Shown here piece after piece: positions 27,525 through 37,400 of a stretch of DNA of 64,000 nt (position 1 is its first letter; each line of letters starts with the position of its first letter). This DNA comes from a bacterium (GTDB lineage Bacteria; Patescibacteriota; Saccharimonadia; UBA4664): positions 683,696 to 747,695 of the forward strand of contig CP064960.1 of the NCBI GenBank assembly GCA_016699105.1, given 5' to 3'. The notes beneath the pieces were generated by a model. The model was not told the DNA's origin, made no database searches, and was given only the letters and a program-made list of their open reading frames with translations. The position numbers and the translations under genes were made by a program.

Positions 27525-28959
27525 TCAAATCTGGGCGGTATCAAGGATTCGCTTGATTCGACGCAGTACGGATGCCTGGCCAATTACCTCGAGGGTCTCA
27601 AATAGACCAGGAGACGATTTGGAGCCAGTCACAGCCAGTCTGATGGGGCTAAATAGTTGACCTGGCTTAATCTGCAATTGGTCGCACAATTGTCGCAAGT
27701 TTTGCTCGAGCTCGGTGAGTGTAAATTCGGTGGTGCTTAACGTGGCATGGGCAGCTTTGAGAATGGGCAGGGAATTTTCATCAAATGCGTCAGTGGGCAA
27801 CTTGGGATCCTCGAAGAAAAACAGCGACAGTGGTGCAACATCGCTCAGCGTTTCGAGTCGGTCTTGAATGAGCGCCAGTACCGATTGGCGATAGTCGGCT
27901 GTTGATGTATCGGCAGCTGCCGGCCAAAAGCCGCGGCAACGTGGTTCAAGTTCGGATGGTTGTAAGCTACGGATGAATTTGCCATTAACCCAAGTTAATC
28001 GGGTCTTATCGAAGCGGGCCGGACTTTTTGGACACGGTTGAGATTAAATTTGGCAATAAGTTCTGTCGTAGTGAAGACTTCTTGGGTGGTGCCATCGTTC
28101 CAGCCAAGGGTGGCTAAAAAGCTGCGCAATGCTTCTGGTAAATAGCCTTCGGCTACATATTCCTCGATAGATTGAGCACCGTCACGTTTAGATAATTTCT
28201 TGCCGCCGGTGGGGCCTTGAACGGCCGGTAGGTGCGCGTATACCGGTGCCTCCCAGCCGAATGCAGCAAACAAGAGTAGATGTTTGGGGTCGACGGTATC
28301 CACTCGTCAGCCCGCAGGACATGGCTAATTGCCATGAGATGATCATCAACGACATTGGCGAAATGGTATGTAGGGTAACCATCGGCTTTGAGGGCAACGA
28401 AATCATCGAGCGTGGCGGTTTCGAAGCTGAGTCGGCCGCGGACTGCGTCGTCCCAGACAACGGATTGGGGGGCTTCGGGTATGCGAAAGCGCAAAACATG
28501 GGGTTCGCGGGCGTCGGATTGATTTTCGGCCGTGAGGCAGTGACGGTCGTATACAAAGGCTTTACCGGCTCTTTGGGCCGCTTCGCGCAAACTCGTTAGG
28601 CGTTCGGGCGGACACCAACATCGGTATAGCGCACCGGTTTCCAATAATTTTTGGGCTTGCTCTCGATACATATTGAGACGATCAGACTGTCGATACGGGC
28701 CGTATTCACCACCCAATTCAGGACCTTCATCAGGTTCGAGACCCAATGCCTGGAGGCTACGAATAATCTGATCTTCAGCACCGGGTACAAGCCGGGTGCG
28801 ATCAGTATCTTCGAGCCTGAGAATAAATTGACCATGGTTGTGCCGTGCCCATAACCAATTGAAGAGCGCCGATCTCAAACCACCGATATGGAGTAAACCT
28901 GTCGGGCTCGGGGCAAATCGCACCCGGACTTCAGCCTGTGTAGAAGAGTTACTTGACAT
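27525..28959 (-). CDS. gltX: Glutamyl-tRNA synthetase (GluRS), present as three out-of-frame fragments
   Basis: 28153..28959 has HIGH (APSPTGLLHIGG) and the catalytic core. 27995..28303 has KMSKS as KLSKRDG. 27525..27800 encodes the anticodon-binding C-terminus. There are at least two frameshifts and a 194-nt non-ORF stretch. Confidence 0.8.
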
Positions 28960-29013
28960 ATCGTTGATTATATCTTAAAAATTGGCACTCTGACAACTAA
29001 GCTCGAGACTTGT

Positions 29014-30204
29014 TTAATGCTTAAGTCCGATGTCGGATCGATATTGCTGCCCGACAAAGTGAATACGCTCAACAGCCTGATAGGCTGTGTGACGGGCTCG
29101 GGCTATGGTTGGACCGAGTCCGACTACATTTAAAACCCGGCCGCCGGCTGTCGTATACTGCTTAGAAGCATTCTGGCTCGTACCAGCATGATGGACAATT
29201 GAATCGGTGATAGATGCGACCTGTTCGAGACCGGTTATGACATCACCTGACGACGGGTTTTCGGGATAGCCATGGCTAGCCATTACTACCGTGATAGCGG
29301 CTCCTGCAATCTGCAGTGGAGGTAAATCCAAGCCTTTGGCTGCAGCCAGGAGTACGTCGGCTAAATCATTCTGGATGAGCGGTAATTGAACCTGTGTTTC
29401 CGGATCGCCGAACCGGGCGTTGATCTCGAGCACCCGGATGTGTGGTTCGTCCACCATGAGACCGATATATATAGCACCCCGATAGTCGATAGCTTGGTGA
29501 TTGAGCTCGGTGAGTATCGATTCGACGAGTGGCCTGACGAGCGCTGGCGTGACGATGCCCTCAGCTGGAGCATAAGCACCCATGCCGCCGGTATTGGGGC
29601 CTTTGTCGCCGTCGAATACTCGTTTGTAATCTTGGGCAAATGGTAATAATTCAAATTGACGACCATTGGTTATAGCCATAACTGAAACTTCTTGTCCGGG
29701 CAGGACATCTTCGATGACAATGGCGCCAGTTTTCAGCTTAGCTGTGGCGTCAGCGATGGCTTCCTGCCGATCATGAGTCACTAGTACGCCCTTACCAGCG
29801 GCTAAGTAGTCGGTTTTAATAACCCAGGGTCCTGCAGAGTCTTGGAGGTACAGACGTGCTCGCTCACTGTGGCCTTGGGCAAATACCACATAATTGGCCG
29901 TCGGGACGCCACTGGCTTTGAGGAATGCTTTCATGAAAACTTTGGAGCCCTCAAGTTGGCCACCTTGTCGGCCAGGAGCAAAGACGTTTTTGCCTTGAGC
30001 ACGGAGATCATCGGCTAAACCGTCGACGACTTGTTGATCTGGCCCGATGACAAATAAATCGGCAGTGAGGTCGAGTGCTGATACTACCGTTGAGCCAGGA
30101 ATACCGGCTCGGCCTGGTGTGACTAAAACGCTATGACCGTGTGATCTGAAGCTGTGAGCCAGGGCCGCTTCGCGGCCACCTTGGCCGACGACGACAATTT
30201 TCAT
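29014..30204 (-). CDS. purD: Phosphoribosylamine--glycine ligase (GAR synthetase)
   Basis: MKIVVVGQGGREAALAHSF N-terminus, ATP-grasp core, C-terminal HAGT...GGRVLNVVGLG. Confidence 0.85.
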   Translation of the reverse strand: MKIVVVGQGGREAALAHSFRSHGHSVLVTPGRAGIPGSTVVSALDLTADLFVIGPDQQVVDGLADDLRAQGKNVFAPGRQGGQLEGSKVFMKAFLKASGVPTANYVVFAQGHSERARLYLQDSAGPWVIKTDYLAAGKGVLVTHDRQEAIADATAKLKTGAIVIEDVLPGQEVSVMAITNGRQFELLPFAQDYKRVFDGDKGPNTGGMGAYAPAEGIVTPALVRPLVESILTELNHQAIDYRGAIYIGLMVDEPHIRVLEINARFGDPETQVQLPLIQNDLADVLLAAAKGLDLPPLQIAGAAITVVMASHGYPENPSSGDVITGLEQVASITDSIVHHAGTSQNASKQYTTAGGRVLNVVGLGPTIARARHTAYQAVERIHFVGQQYRSDIGLKH

Positions 30205-30542
30205 AGACCGAAACTCTCAGGCGCTATCTCTGTCCAGGTGCCGTCAGATTCTTGTTGATAGACACGGGTTTTGAGGCTGGTTTCGGTTGGGTCGTAAACA
30301 TTTTCATAGTGAACCGTCGATCCAGCCCGGCGGGCTCCAACGGTACGGCGGTCAATGATTGCTGGGCCTTGTACCCGTTCGAGTTTATAGGTCAATCCAT
30401 CTTTGTCGAACGTCACGAATGAGAAACTTTCGGAGAGGTGGACCGCATCAGTGACGGGGCGGGTGCCTCGGCCGTGGTCTGTTAATCCAAACTTAGTGTC
30501 GATCGCATCGACTATTCGATCCCAACTTCGATCTTCTGCCAT
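30201..30542 (-). CDS. Hypothetical protein (113 aa), start overlaps the purD region
   Basis: Soluble, no recognisable motifs. Confidence 0.45.
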   Translation of the reverse strand: MAEDRSWDRIVDAIDTKFGLTDHGRGTRPVTDAVHLSESFSFVTFDKDGLTYKLERVQGPAIIDRRTVGARRAGSTVHYENVYDPTETSLKTRVYQQESDGTWTEIAPESFGL

Positions 30543-30598
30543 ACTACTCCCCTTTCATGTTTCATCCATGGTAGCACGGACGGCTCCATTAGGAGTAT

Positions 30599-31510
30599 CT
30601 AGAGACTGTAGGCAATTTGTAGTATTTGCTCGCGAGAGAGCTTACTGGCACCTTCGATGCGATACCAGAGGCCATGATTAACCCAAGTGGCTTCGTTTTG
30701 ATTGAAGATAAAAATGGTCAGACCTTGACCCTGAACAGTAGCGTACGAATCAGTTTGTTTGGCCACAAAATTATCGAGTAACGAATGGGAATCCCAACTG
30801 GTACGAGCCTGGGCAATTTTGAGGACTTCATTTAGTTCTGAGTTGGTGAAATCGAAGGTAATGAGCCCGGGTCCAGTTGAGGTATTGCTCAAGTTATAGT
30901 TGGCCGGCATGTAACTGGGTAGGACGGCTTCGATGCCAGCGCGTGAGTTGGCGGCGTCTAGTGCGAGTTTGGGATAATTGTGCAACCAAATATATCCAGC
31001 AAATATTGCCACAGCCGTCAGCCCAGTCACAATGCGACCGGATCGCGGTGCTAAGCCTAAATGCGGTCGCCAGGATGGTTCGGCTGAAGATTCAGTGGCG
31101 TCGGTATCTGCCGATGGCGCTGCAATGACCGGCGGAACTGGGTCTGGTTGGATTGAGCTGCCAGCGGGCGGAATCGTAACGGCGGGAGAGGTTGAGGCAG
31201 TTATAGGTTCGTTTTTAGTAGCGGTTTCAGTGTGCGCGGGTGGAGCTATTACTGGCGTTATGGGTACTATTGGCTCGGGCTGCTCCGAACTGTGAGCAAA
31301 CTTGGCAACCAGTGGACTGCGAGGCGTCGCTTTGGCTTGAGCTAGTCTTGTTTGATGTAGATTCGAATGTCGATTCGGATCTACTGATGCGTTTGGTGCC
31401 GCTGGTTGCACGGGAGGCTGGCCATTGCTTGATCGTAAATCAAGTACTGCTGGACGGCCGGTCCGGCTACGGTGGACATCAGTGGCGGAAGTGATTGGTC
31501 TAGAAGTCAC
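30599..31510 (-). CDS. Membrane-anchored hypothetical protein: disordered Pro-rich N-terminus, one TM, ~140-aa extracytoplasmic C-terminal domain
   Basis: TM helix IVTGLTAVAIFAGYIWL. N-terminal 150 aa are low complexity (PAVTIPPAGSSIQPDPVPPVIAAPS). Confidence 0.5.
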   Translation of the reverse strand: MTSRPITSATDVHRSRTGRPAVLDLRSSNGQPPVQPAAPNASVDPNRHSNLHQTRLAQAKATPRSPLVAKFAHSSEQPEPIVPITPVIAPPAHTETATKNEPITASTSPAVTIPPAGSSIQPDPVPPVIAAPSADTDATESSAEPSWRPHLGLAPRSGRIVTGLTAVAIFAGYIWLHNYPKLALDAANSRAGIEAVLPSYMPANYNLSNTSTGPGLITFDFTNSELNEVLKIAQARTSWDSHSLLDNFVAKQTDSYATVQGQGLTIFIFNQNEATWVNHGLWYRIEGASKLSREQILQIAYSL

Positions 31511-31560
31511 AGGCGAACCTCACGTGAGAAGCTTAACCATTTAGATAGTTTAAGTGTACA

Positions 31561-32433
31561 TTACTGTCTGCCCTGACGCCAGACGCGCCAAATAAAGCGG
31601 GGTATGGCGAGTTGGCGACGCCAGCGGGTGGGTTCTTGACCTAAGCGCCATAGCCACTCTAACCCGATAGACTGGATAAACTGAGGAGCCTTGGACCGTT
31701 TGCCCCCAAATGCTTGATAATCAAAGCTACCACCTTCGCCGATGAAGACGCCATGGCTGACATGGGCTGACAAATAAGCTGCTGCAAATTCCTGTCGTGG
31801 AAAGCCGAGTCCAAGTAGTACAATATCGGGCTGACTGGCGCCTAATTGCGTAGCCAGTGCACTCAGCCAAGCGGTCGATTGGCGGTCAGCGAGCGCTTGC
31901 GGATCATGACCGTGGTGGACGGATACAATATTAATGTCAGGGAAGATTTGGCGCAGAGTGTTAGCTGTAGTTTCAATATTCTGGTGTGTCGGGCTGCCTA
32001 CTAACGCTATACGGCGCCCGGCCTGGCTGGCAGATTTGAGGAGTCGGGACGTAAAATTAATACCCGCACCTCGATCAGTTAACGGATATAAGAGCGAGCG
32101 CGGTTGCCAAATAATTTGGCTTAATGTGATGAGAAATCGGCGCCAGTTGCGCGGGCCGGCATATAAATAGGCTGCTGCCCAGATGAGAGCGACACCGTCA
32201 GCCAAACATAGTTGGGCATTATCTAATAATTCGCGAACCTCCAGATTGTGATAGCTGGTATCTAAGAATTCCACATATGGTTTTACAATATAGCTGGCTG
32301 GTTGTCCCGATTTACTGGCTTCCAAAATAGATTCAATGGCTTCGTCAGCAGCCACGATATCGATATCGACGCCCAGTATATCGACTTTTTCGAATTGGGA
32401 TTGTTTAGACATGGGGTTTATTTCCACTCGCAA
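31561..32433 (-). CDS. WecB/TagA/CpsF-family glycosyltransferase (GT26)
   Basis: ILGVDIDIV ... GLEWLWRLGQEPTRWRRQLAIPRF is the characteristic GT26 C-terminal motif. Confidence 0.75.
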   Translation of the reverse strand: MRVEINPMSKQSQFEKVDILGVDIDIVAADEAIESILEASKSGQPASYIVKPYVEFLDTSYHNLEVRELLDNAQLCLADGVALIWAAAYLYAGPRNWRRFLITLSQIIWQPRSLLYPLTDRGAGINFTSRLLKSASQAGRRIALVGSPTHQNIETTANTLRQIFPDINIVSVHHGHDPQALADRQSTAWLSALATQLGASQPDIVLLGLGFPRQEFAAAYLSAHVSHGVFIGEGGSFDYQAFGGKRSKAPQFIQSIGLEWLWRLGQEPTRWRRQLAIPRFIWRVWRQGRQ

Positions 32434-33691
32434 GTCCGGCCAGGCTAAAAGCGATCAAGGCAGTGGATGAATCGGTTAGCGTCGGCAGCATGAATCCAGC
32501 AAGTGCAATGGCAGTTACGGCGACCGCCATGGCTATCCCAAACGGTTGTTGGCGGCTACGCCAAGCCGACATTATTAGTAAGCTGAGAGCAATGCCGAAG
32601 GCGCCCAGGCCGAGCCAACCGGTTTCATAGCCAATTTGTAAGAATTGGTTTTCGATGATGAGTGGTTCGGCTAGCTGGAAGGTGGCTGGTCCAGCACTGC
32701 CCAGCCCGTGACCGAGAGGAGAAGTTAATACGGCTTGAGCACCCTCTTGAATACTGGTGAGGCGGAGAGAATCTGAACTAGCAGCATTTTGATGATGCGC
32801 GGCCGTGCTATGCAAAATTGACTCTTGGAGGGCAGGATATTTGTTGATAAGCATGGTCGTTGCGATCATAGCCGCCAGGATGAAGGCTGCACCTCCTAGA
32901 GCGGCCAGTCGTCGATGCCGGTGAGCGATATGTAACCAGATCAGCGGTAATGTGACCAGGGCGGCCAGCCAGGCGCTACGCGAATATGAATTCCAGAGGG
33001 CTAGAAAGTTGAGTCCCAGTCCGCCGATTATTAGCGGATGGCGCACTATTTGAATGATACTAAGAGCAATGATAATTACTAAATACGTACCTAATTGATT
33101 GGGGCCACCCAGCGTGCCGGCAAAGCGTAACGTGTCCGAGGTGGCGGTGAGATACAGAAATGGCGGTATGGTCGTTGGTCCGTAACCAAACTGTGTCAAC
33201 CAATCCGGAGGTAATACGTACGCTTGGAGTACCACAAATATTGATACAACAAAGCCAGCCGCCAAGGTCACTGATATGGCTTTGGTGATGAGTTTTGTGC
33301 TCGAGACAGAGAAAGCAAGTACAGCAATAACCCAAAATTCGAGATCGATTTTGAGACCGTACACTACCGGCCAAAAAGTCGAAGTCTGGTTAAAGATGGC
33401 CACAAAACTTACTACGACAGCAATTCCGGCAAAGAAACTTGCGTCTTTTACCCAAGGTTCCTGCCAAATAGATCGATAGGCGGGAACTTTCCACATCAGC
33501 CAGACCAAGCTTCCTACCATCATGACAATCAGCAATTCTTTCCATGATTGCCACAATCCACGATAACCGACCACAGAGCCCAGCCAGGTGGTAAAAAAAG
33601 CGTGAAATGGCATCACGCCCACAATCAAAATGATCCCCCCTTGAATGAACCGGCGAGCCCAGTAAGTGGTCTGGTCCGGCTGGGTTGTCAT
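32405..33691 (-). CDS. O-antigen ligase / polymerase-like (Wzy_C family) membrane protein
   Basis: 428 aa, about 11 TM helices, with a periplasmic-loop motif region (NSYSRSAWLAALVTLPLIWL) typical of WaaL/Wzy-like proteins. Confidence 0.6.
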   Translation of the reverse strand: MTTQPDQTTYWARRFIQGGIILIVGVMPFHAFFTTWLGSVVGYRGLWQSWKELLIVMMVGSLVWLMWKVPAYRSIWQEPWVKDASFFAGIAVVVSFVAIFNQTSTFWPVVYGLKIDLEFWVIAVLAFSVSSTKLITKAISVTLAAGFVVSIFVVLQAYVLPPDWLTQFGYGPTTIPPFLYLTATSDTLRFAGTLGGPNQLGTYLVIIIALSIIQIVRHPLIIGGLGLNFLALWNSYSRSAWLAALVTLPLIWLHIAHRHRRLAALGGAAFILAAMIATTMLINKYPALQESILHSTAAHHQNAASSDSLRLTSIQEGAQAVLTSPLGHGLGSAGPATFQLAEPLIIENQFLQIGYETGWLGLGAFGIALSLLIMSAWRSRQQPFGIAMAVAVTAIALAGFMLPTLTDSSTALIAFSLAGLASGNKPHV

Positions 33692-34698
33692 TTGATGGCG
33701 ACCAAACTACGTTTATACTCTTCGAGATTATCGAGTGCCAGTCCGGTGCCACGGGCGACACATAACAATGGCTCTTCGGCGGCTACGCAGGGGACGCCAG
33801 TCACCTGCGTGAGCATTTTGTCGAGATTTTGAAGCAAGGCACCACCACCAGTAAGGACCATGCCTCGGTCGATGATATCCGATGACAACTCTGGAGGCGT
33901 TTGCTCAAGCACTACCCGGATCGCTTGGATGATTTTTTCGAGTTCATCAGCCATAGCAGTTGATATTTCGTTGGCATGGATAGTGATGGTTTTGGGGAGT
34001 CCCGCTAAGACATCACGGCCTCTGATCTCCATGGATTTATCTCGCGTGAGCAAAAGGGCACTGCCTAGTTTCATCTTGATGCTCTCTGCTGTTCGATCGC
34101 CAATGGCGAGTCCGTAGGTGCGGCGAATGTATTCAGCGATAGCGTTGTCGAGCCGGTTGCCACCGACCCGGATCGAATGCTGGGCGACGACACCACCGAG
34201 GCTCAAAATGGCGATTTCGGTTGTACCACCTCCGATGTCAACCACCATATTGCCGGCCGCTGAGGCGATGGGAATACCGGCACCGATGGCGGCCGCCACG
34301 GGTTCACGAATAATGTAGGCCGCCCGGGCTCCAGCTGCGATGGTGGCGTCAATGACAGCGCGACGTTCGGTTGAGGTGGCTCCAGCTGGGACGCAGAGCA
34401 TGACATCTGGCCGCGTGATACGCCAACCGCCAGTAACGCGGTTAATGTAATGCCTGATCATGGCCTGAGTGATGCGATAATCGGCGATAACGCCATCGCG
34501 TAATGGCCGGCTAGCCGTAATGCTGTCCGGGGTGCGACCGAGCATTTCTTTGGCTTCGGCGCCAATTGCCACTATTTTATTGTTGTCGTCGACGGCTACA
34601 ACGCTGGGTTCATTGACGACTATCCCCCGCTTGGGCACATAGACGAGCACGTTGGCAGTGCCTAGGTCGATAGCTATGCGTTGGGAGAAGCTGAACAT
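33688..34698 (-). CDS. mreB: Rod shape-determining protein MreB
   Basis: IAIDLGTANVLVYV, DIGGGTTEIAILSLGGVV and MVLTGGGALL are actin-fold ATPase motifs matching MreB. Confidence 0.9.
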   Translation of the reverse strand: MFSFSQRIAIDLGTANVLVYVPKRGIVVNEPSVVAVDDNNKIVAIGAEAKEMLGRTPDSITASRPLRDGVIADYRITQAMIRHYINRVTGGWRITRPDVMLCVPAGATSTERRAVIDATIAAGARAAYIIREPVAAAIGAGIPIASAAGNMVVDIGGGTTEIAILSLGGVVAQHSIRVGGNRLDNAIAEYIRRTYGLAIGDRTAESIKMKLGSALLLTRDKSMEIRGRDVLAGLPKTITIHANEISTAMADELEKIIQAIRVVLEQTPPELSSDIIDRGMVLTGGGALLQNLDKMLTQVTGVPCVAAEEPLLCVARGTGLALDNLEEYKRSLVAIK

Positions 34699-34800
34699 GA
34701 TGCTTTGTATTATAGCTTGGATCCAGCCATTCGAGCGAGACTGTTTTTGATTAATTTACAGGATTGGACAGATATATCAGATATGATAAGATGCAAACTT

Positions 34801-35370
34801 ATGAAGACGCGAATCGACAATCGGGGCAAGAAAATAATGGCTGTTGCCAGCGTGGCGTTAGCTATTGGCGGTGGACGCGAATTGACCTCAACTATAATTG
34901 AGCCGCCTGTGATACGTACGAGTAATAACGGTGTTTTGATTAGCGATAGCTTGGCTCAGCAACTGGTAAAGGCCATTATTGGTCCGGTGGATGCCGTATC
35001 GGCAGCCAGTGAATGTACTGAATGTATCGATCCTACACCAGTCCCTACAGCCCGACCCGCAGCTACACCCAAACCGGCAACCCCTAAACCGGTTATTACG
35101 ACGAAACCGACAACTACGACAACAACTGCGAGACCAACGGCCGTACCAACGATGTCGACTATGCCAACGGCTCGCCCAGTAGATAGTCCAAGTGCGTCAC
35201 CAACTGCAGAGCCGAGCCCATCGCCGGTGGTACTGGGTGTTTCGTCTACTGGCCAGCCTCAGAAATCCTGGTGGCAAAATGCGTTTGTGGCTCCGATTGT
35301 CGTGGGGCTTGTTGGTGCATTTATGATGATTGGCGGCTTGATTCGCGTCTGGCGACAATCACGCATCTAA
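34801..35370 (+). CDS. Pro/Thr-rich surface protein with a C-terminal TM tail anchor
   Basis: The called ORF start (34681) would overlap the mreB 5' end, so ATG 34801 (MKTRIDN...) is preferred. Signal-like AVASVALAIGGG. Long PT linker (TPKPATPKPVITTKPTTTTTTARPT). C-terminal helix plus basic tail IVVGLVGAFMMIGGLIRVWRQSRI. Confidence 0.5.
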   Translation: MKTRIDNRGKKIMAVASVALAIGGGRELTSTIIEPPVIRTSNNGVLISDSLAQQLVKAIIGPVDAVSAASECTECIDPTPVPTARPAATPKPATPKPVITTKPTTTTTTARPTAVPTMSTMPTARPVDSPSASPTAEPSPSPVVLGVSSTGQPQKSWWQNAFVAPIVVGLVGAFMMIGGLIRVWRQSRI

Positions 35371-35415
35371 ACACTTATATAAACTTTTCTATTCAACTTT
35401 TATAGCGCTTATGGT

Positions 35416-36507
35416 ATGCTCGGCGGTATGAAGACACGTCGAAATCAACCCAACAAATTGTTAGCTCAAGCCATCCGACCTCAGACTGGCGGGATGCTGG
35501 CAGCACTTGGATTGGCTGTTATGGTTGGTGGATTATATCTGCAAGCCGATGCTTCCTCGTCTGCTGGCTGTCTGGACGGATCGAAATATTATAATTTTCG
35601 GACCAGTTTTACGCGAGGTACCGGAACCATCTCGACCGCCAATGGCCAACCATTGTGCACCGACACCAAGCTCATACTCGAAAGTTTCTCGATGCCTGAT
35701 ACCTGGAATAACCAGGGTTTCAATCAATCGGCTATACCGCAGTACAAATTTGGGGTGACAAGTTTGACGTTTCCAGGGAGGTCAAAGCAATGTCAGCAAG
35801 ACAGCGACCGTGCCGGTGCCAGCTGACTGTAAAAATACTCAACTTGATTTCTACTATCCACCAGCCTTTGAGTCGATTACTGGCTTGACTGACGATGATT
35901 CCCGCTATATTGGTGGACGTATATTTGGTAAGACGCAAACAAATTGTGTCACACCGACTCCTACTCCCACACCAGTGCCAACGCCATCGCCTACAGCGCT
36001 GCCAGCTTCAGTTACACCAGCTCCTCCTACTCCGACACCTTCACCAACCCCTCAGATTACTGTTGCCTGTCTCGACCTCAAAGCAAGCGTTACGCGAGTG
36101 GTAATGCTCCATTAAGTGTCACCTTTACTGGTCGAGGACAAGCCGCCGGGCAAAGCATCGGACAATACCAGTTCGACTTTGGCAATAACGACGGTGTTAC
36201 TGGAAGTAGCTCGGTAGTCAACTATACTTACAGCCAGCCCGGTACCTACAAAGCTACGCTCAAGGTGAAAGGATCACTTAGCGGCCAGAGTGGCGAGACC
36301 GATGCTTGCACGGTGACGATTCAGGTTACTGGTACCAGTAACCAACCAAGCGTCACACCTACCCCCAAGCCCCAGCTGTACTTGCCTCAAACAGGTGTCA
36401 CCGGACCGCTCATGACCTTTGTAGGCGCCTTACTCATCACTGGTGGTCTACTCCATGTCTGGCTCACCTCGCGCAATAAGCTCTTGATTGTACCCAAGCG
36501 CCGCTAA
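35416..36507 (+). CDS. Sortase substrate: secreted PKD-domain protein with C-terminal LPQTG sorting signal, spread over three frames
   Basis: Signal peptide (MLAALGLAVMVGGLYLQADA). PT linker (TPTPTPVPTPSP) in ORF 35810..36115. PKD-like domain (NAPLSVTFTGRG...YQFDFGNNDG...YTYSQPGTYKATLKV). LPQTG at 36382-36396, then hydrophobic stretch and basic tail RNKLLIVPKRR. The three overlapping ORFs (35416..35826, 35810..36115, 35944..36507) imply two frameshifts. Confidence 0.65.
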
Positions 36508-36537
36508 GCTCGGTACTTAAGAAAGCCCTAGGCTTAT

Positions 36538-37400
36538 ATGCCTCCACAAAAATCATTGTCAGATCCTGGGTTTACGAGCCGACCCGAAGCCGCCAATTGG
36601 AAGTCACGTTGGGTATTGCGACCGCTCCTGATCACAATCGTTACCCTGCCAGTTGCATTCTAATCTTGAGTTCGCCGGTATTCGTGTCTAGATGGCGCTA
36701 TGATTTAGCGGCAGCTCAAGAAACCTCGCCGACGCCAGTACCGACCGTAGCAACTGCCAAAGCCCCGACGCCAACTCCCCTGGCGGTAGCGGCCAATGTA
36801 CCGATCACCGAGCAATCTCGACTCGTTATTCCCAAATTAAGCGTGTCGGCGCCAATCGTCTATGAATCGAGTACGGTCGAAAAAAATATCCAAGAATCAT
36901 TACGCCTAGGGGTAATCCACTATGCCACGACGGCATTACCTGGACAAGCCGGAAATGTGGTTATTTTTGGCCACTCATCGAACGACTGGTGGCAATCGGG
37001 TGACTACAAATTTGTATTTGTGCTACTCGATAAATTAGTTGCCGGCGATTACGTAACTGTCGACTATAAGTCTCGGCGCTACACCTACGAAGTGATGGGT
37101 AGTCGGGTAGTGGAACCGACCGAATTTTCGGTACTTGATGCCACTCCCACTCCGACGTTGACACTGATCACTTGCACGCCGGCTGGTACGAGCCTGCGAC
37201 GGTTGGTGGTAACGGCGAAGCAAGTGAGCGTACAGACAAGCACTGGAGTGGCTGTAGCACCAACTCCAGAACCAGAAGTGGTGACACCTCAACAGCCAAC
37301 ACTTGTCGACGATGATGGTAAGCTCGTGGGATCACCTGGAGTTATGACGACGCTCTGGAATGGACTGCGGTCATTGTTTTCGGGCAATATAGTAAAATGA
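36538..37400 (+). CDS. Sortase (transpeptidase), with an N-terminal frameshift near 36660
   Basis: Catalytic TLITC motif (PTLTLITCTPAGT) and His in VIFGHSSNDWW. Upstream ATG 36538 in another frame encodes MPPQKSLSDPGFTSRPEAANWKSRWVLRPLLITIVTLPVAF, the expected N-terminal TM anchor, which joins ILILSSPVFVS after a 1-nt shift. Confidence 0.8.

Noticed and set aside
33060-33761. ORFs 33060..33374 and 33390..33761 on the minus strand
   Set aside because: They are out-of-frame overlaps of the O-antigen-ligase-like gene and the mreB 3' region. They are Cys/His-rich nonsense.
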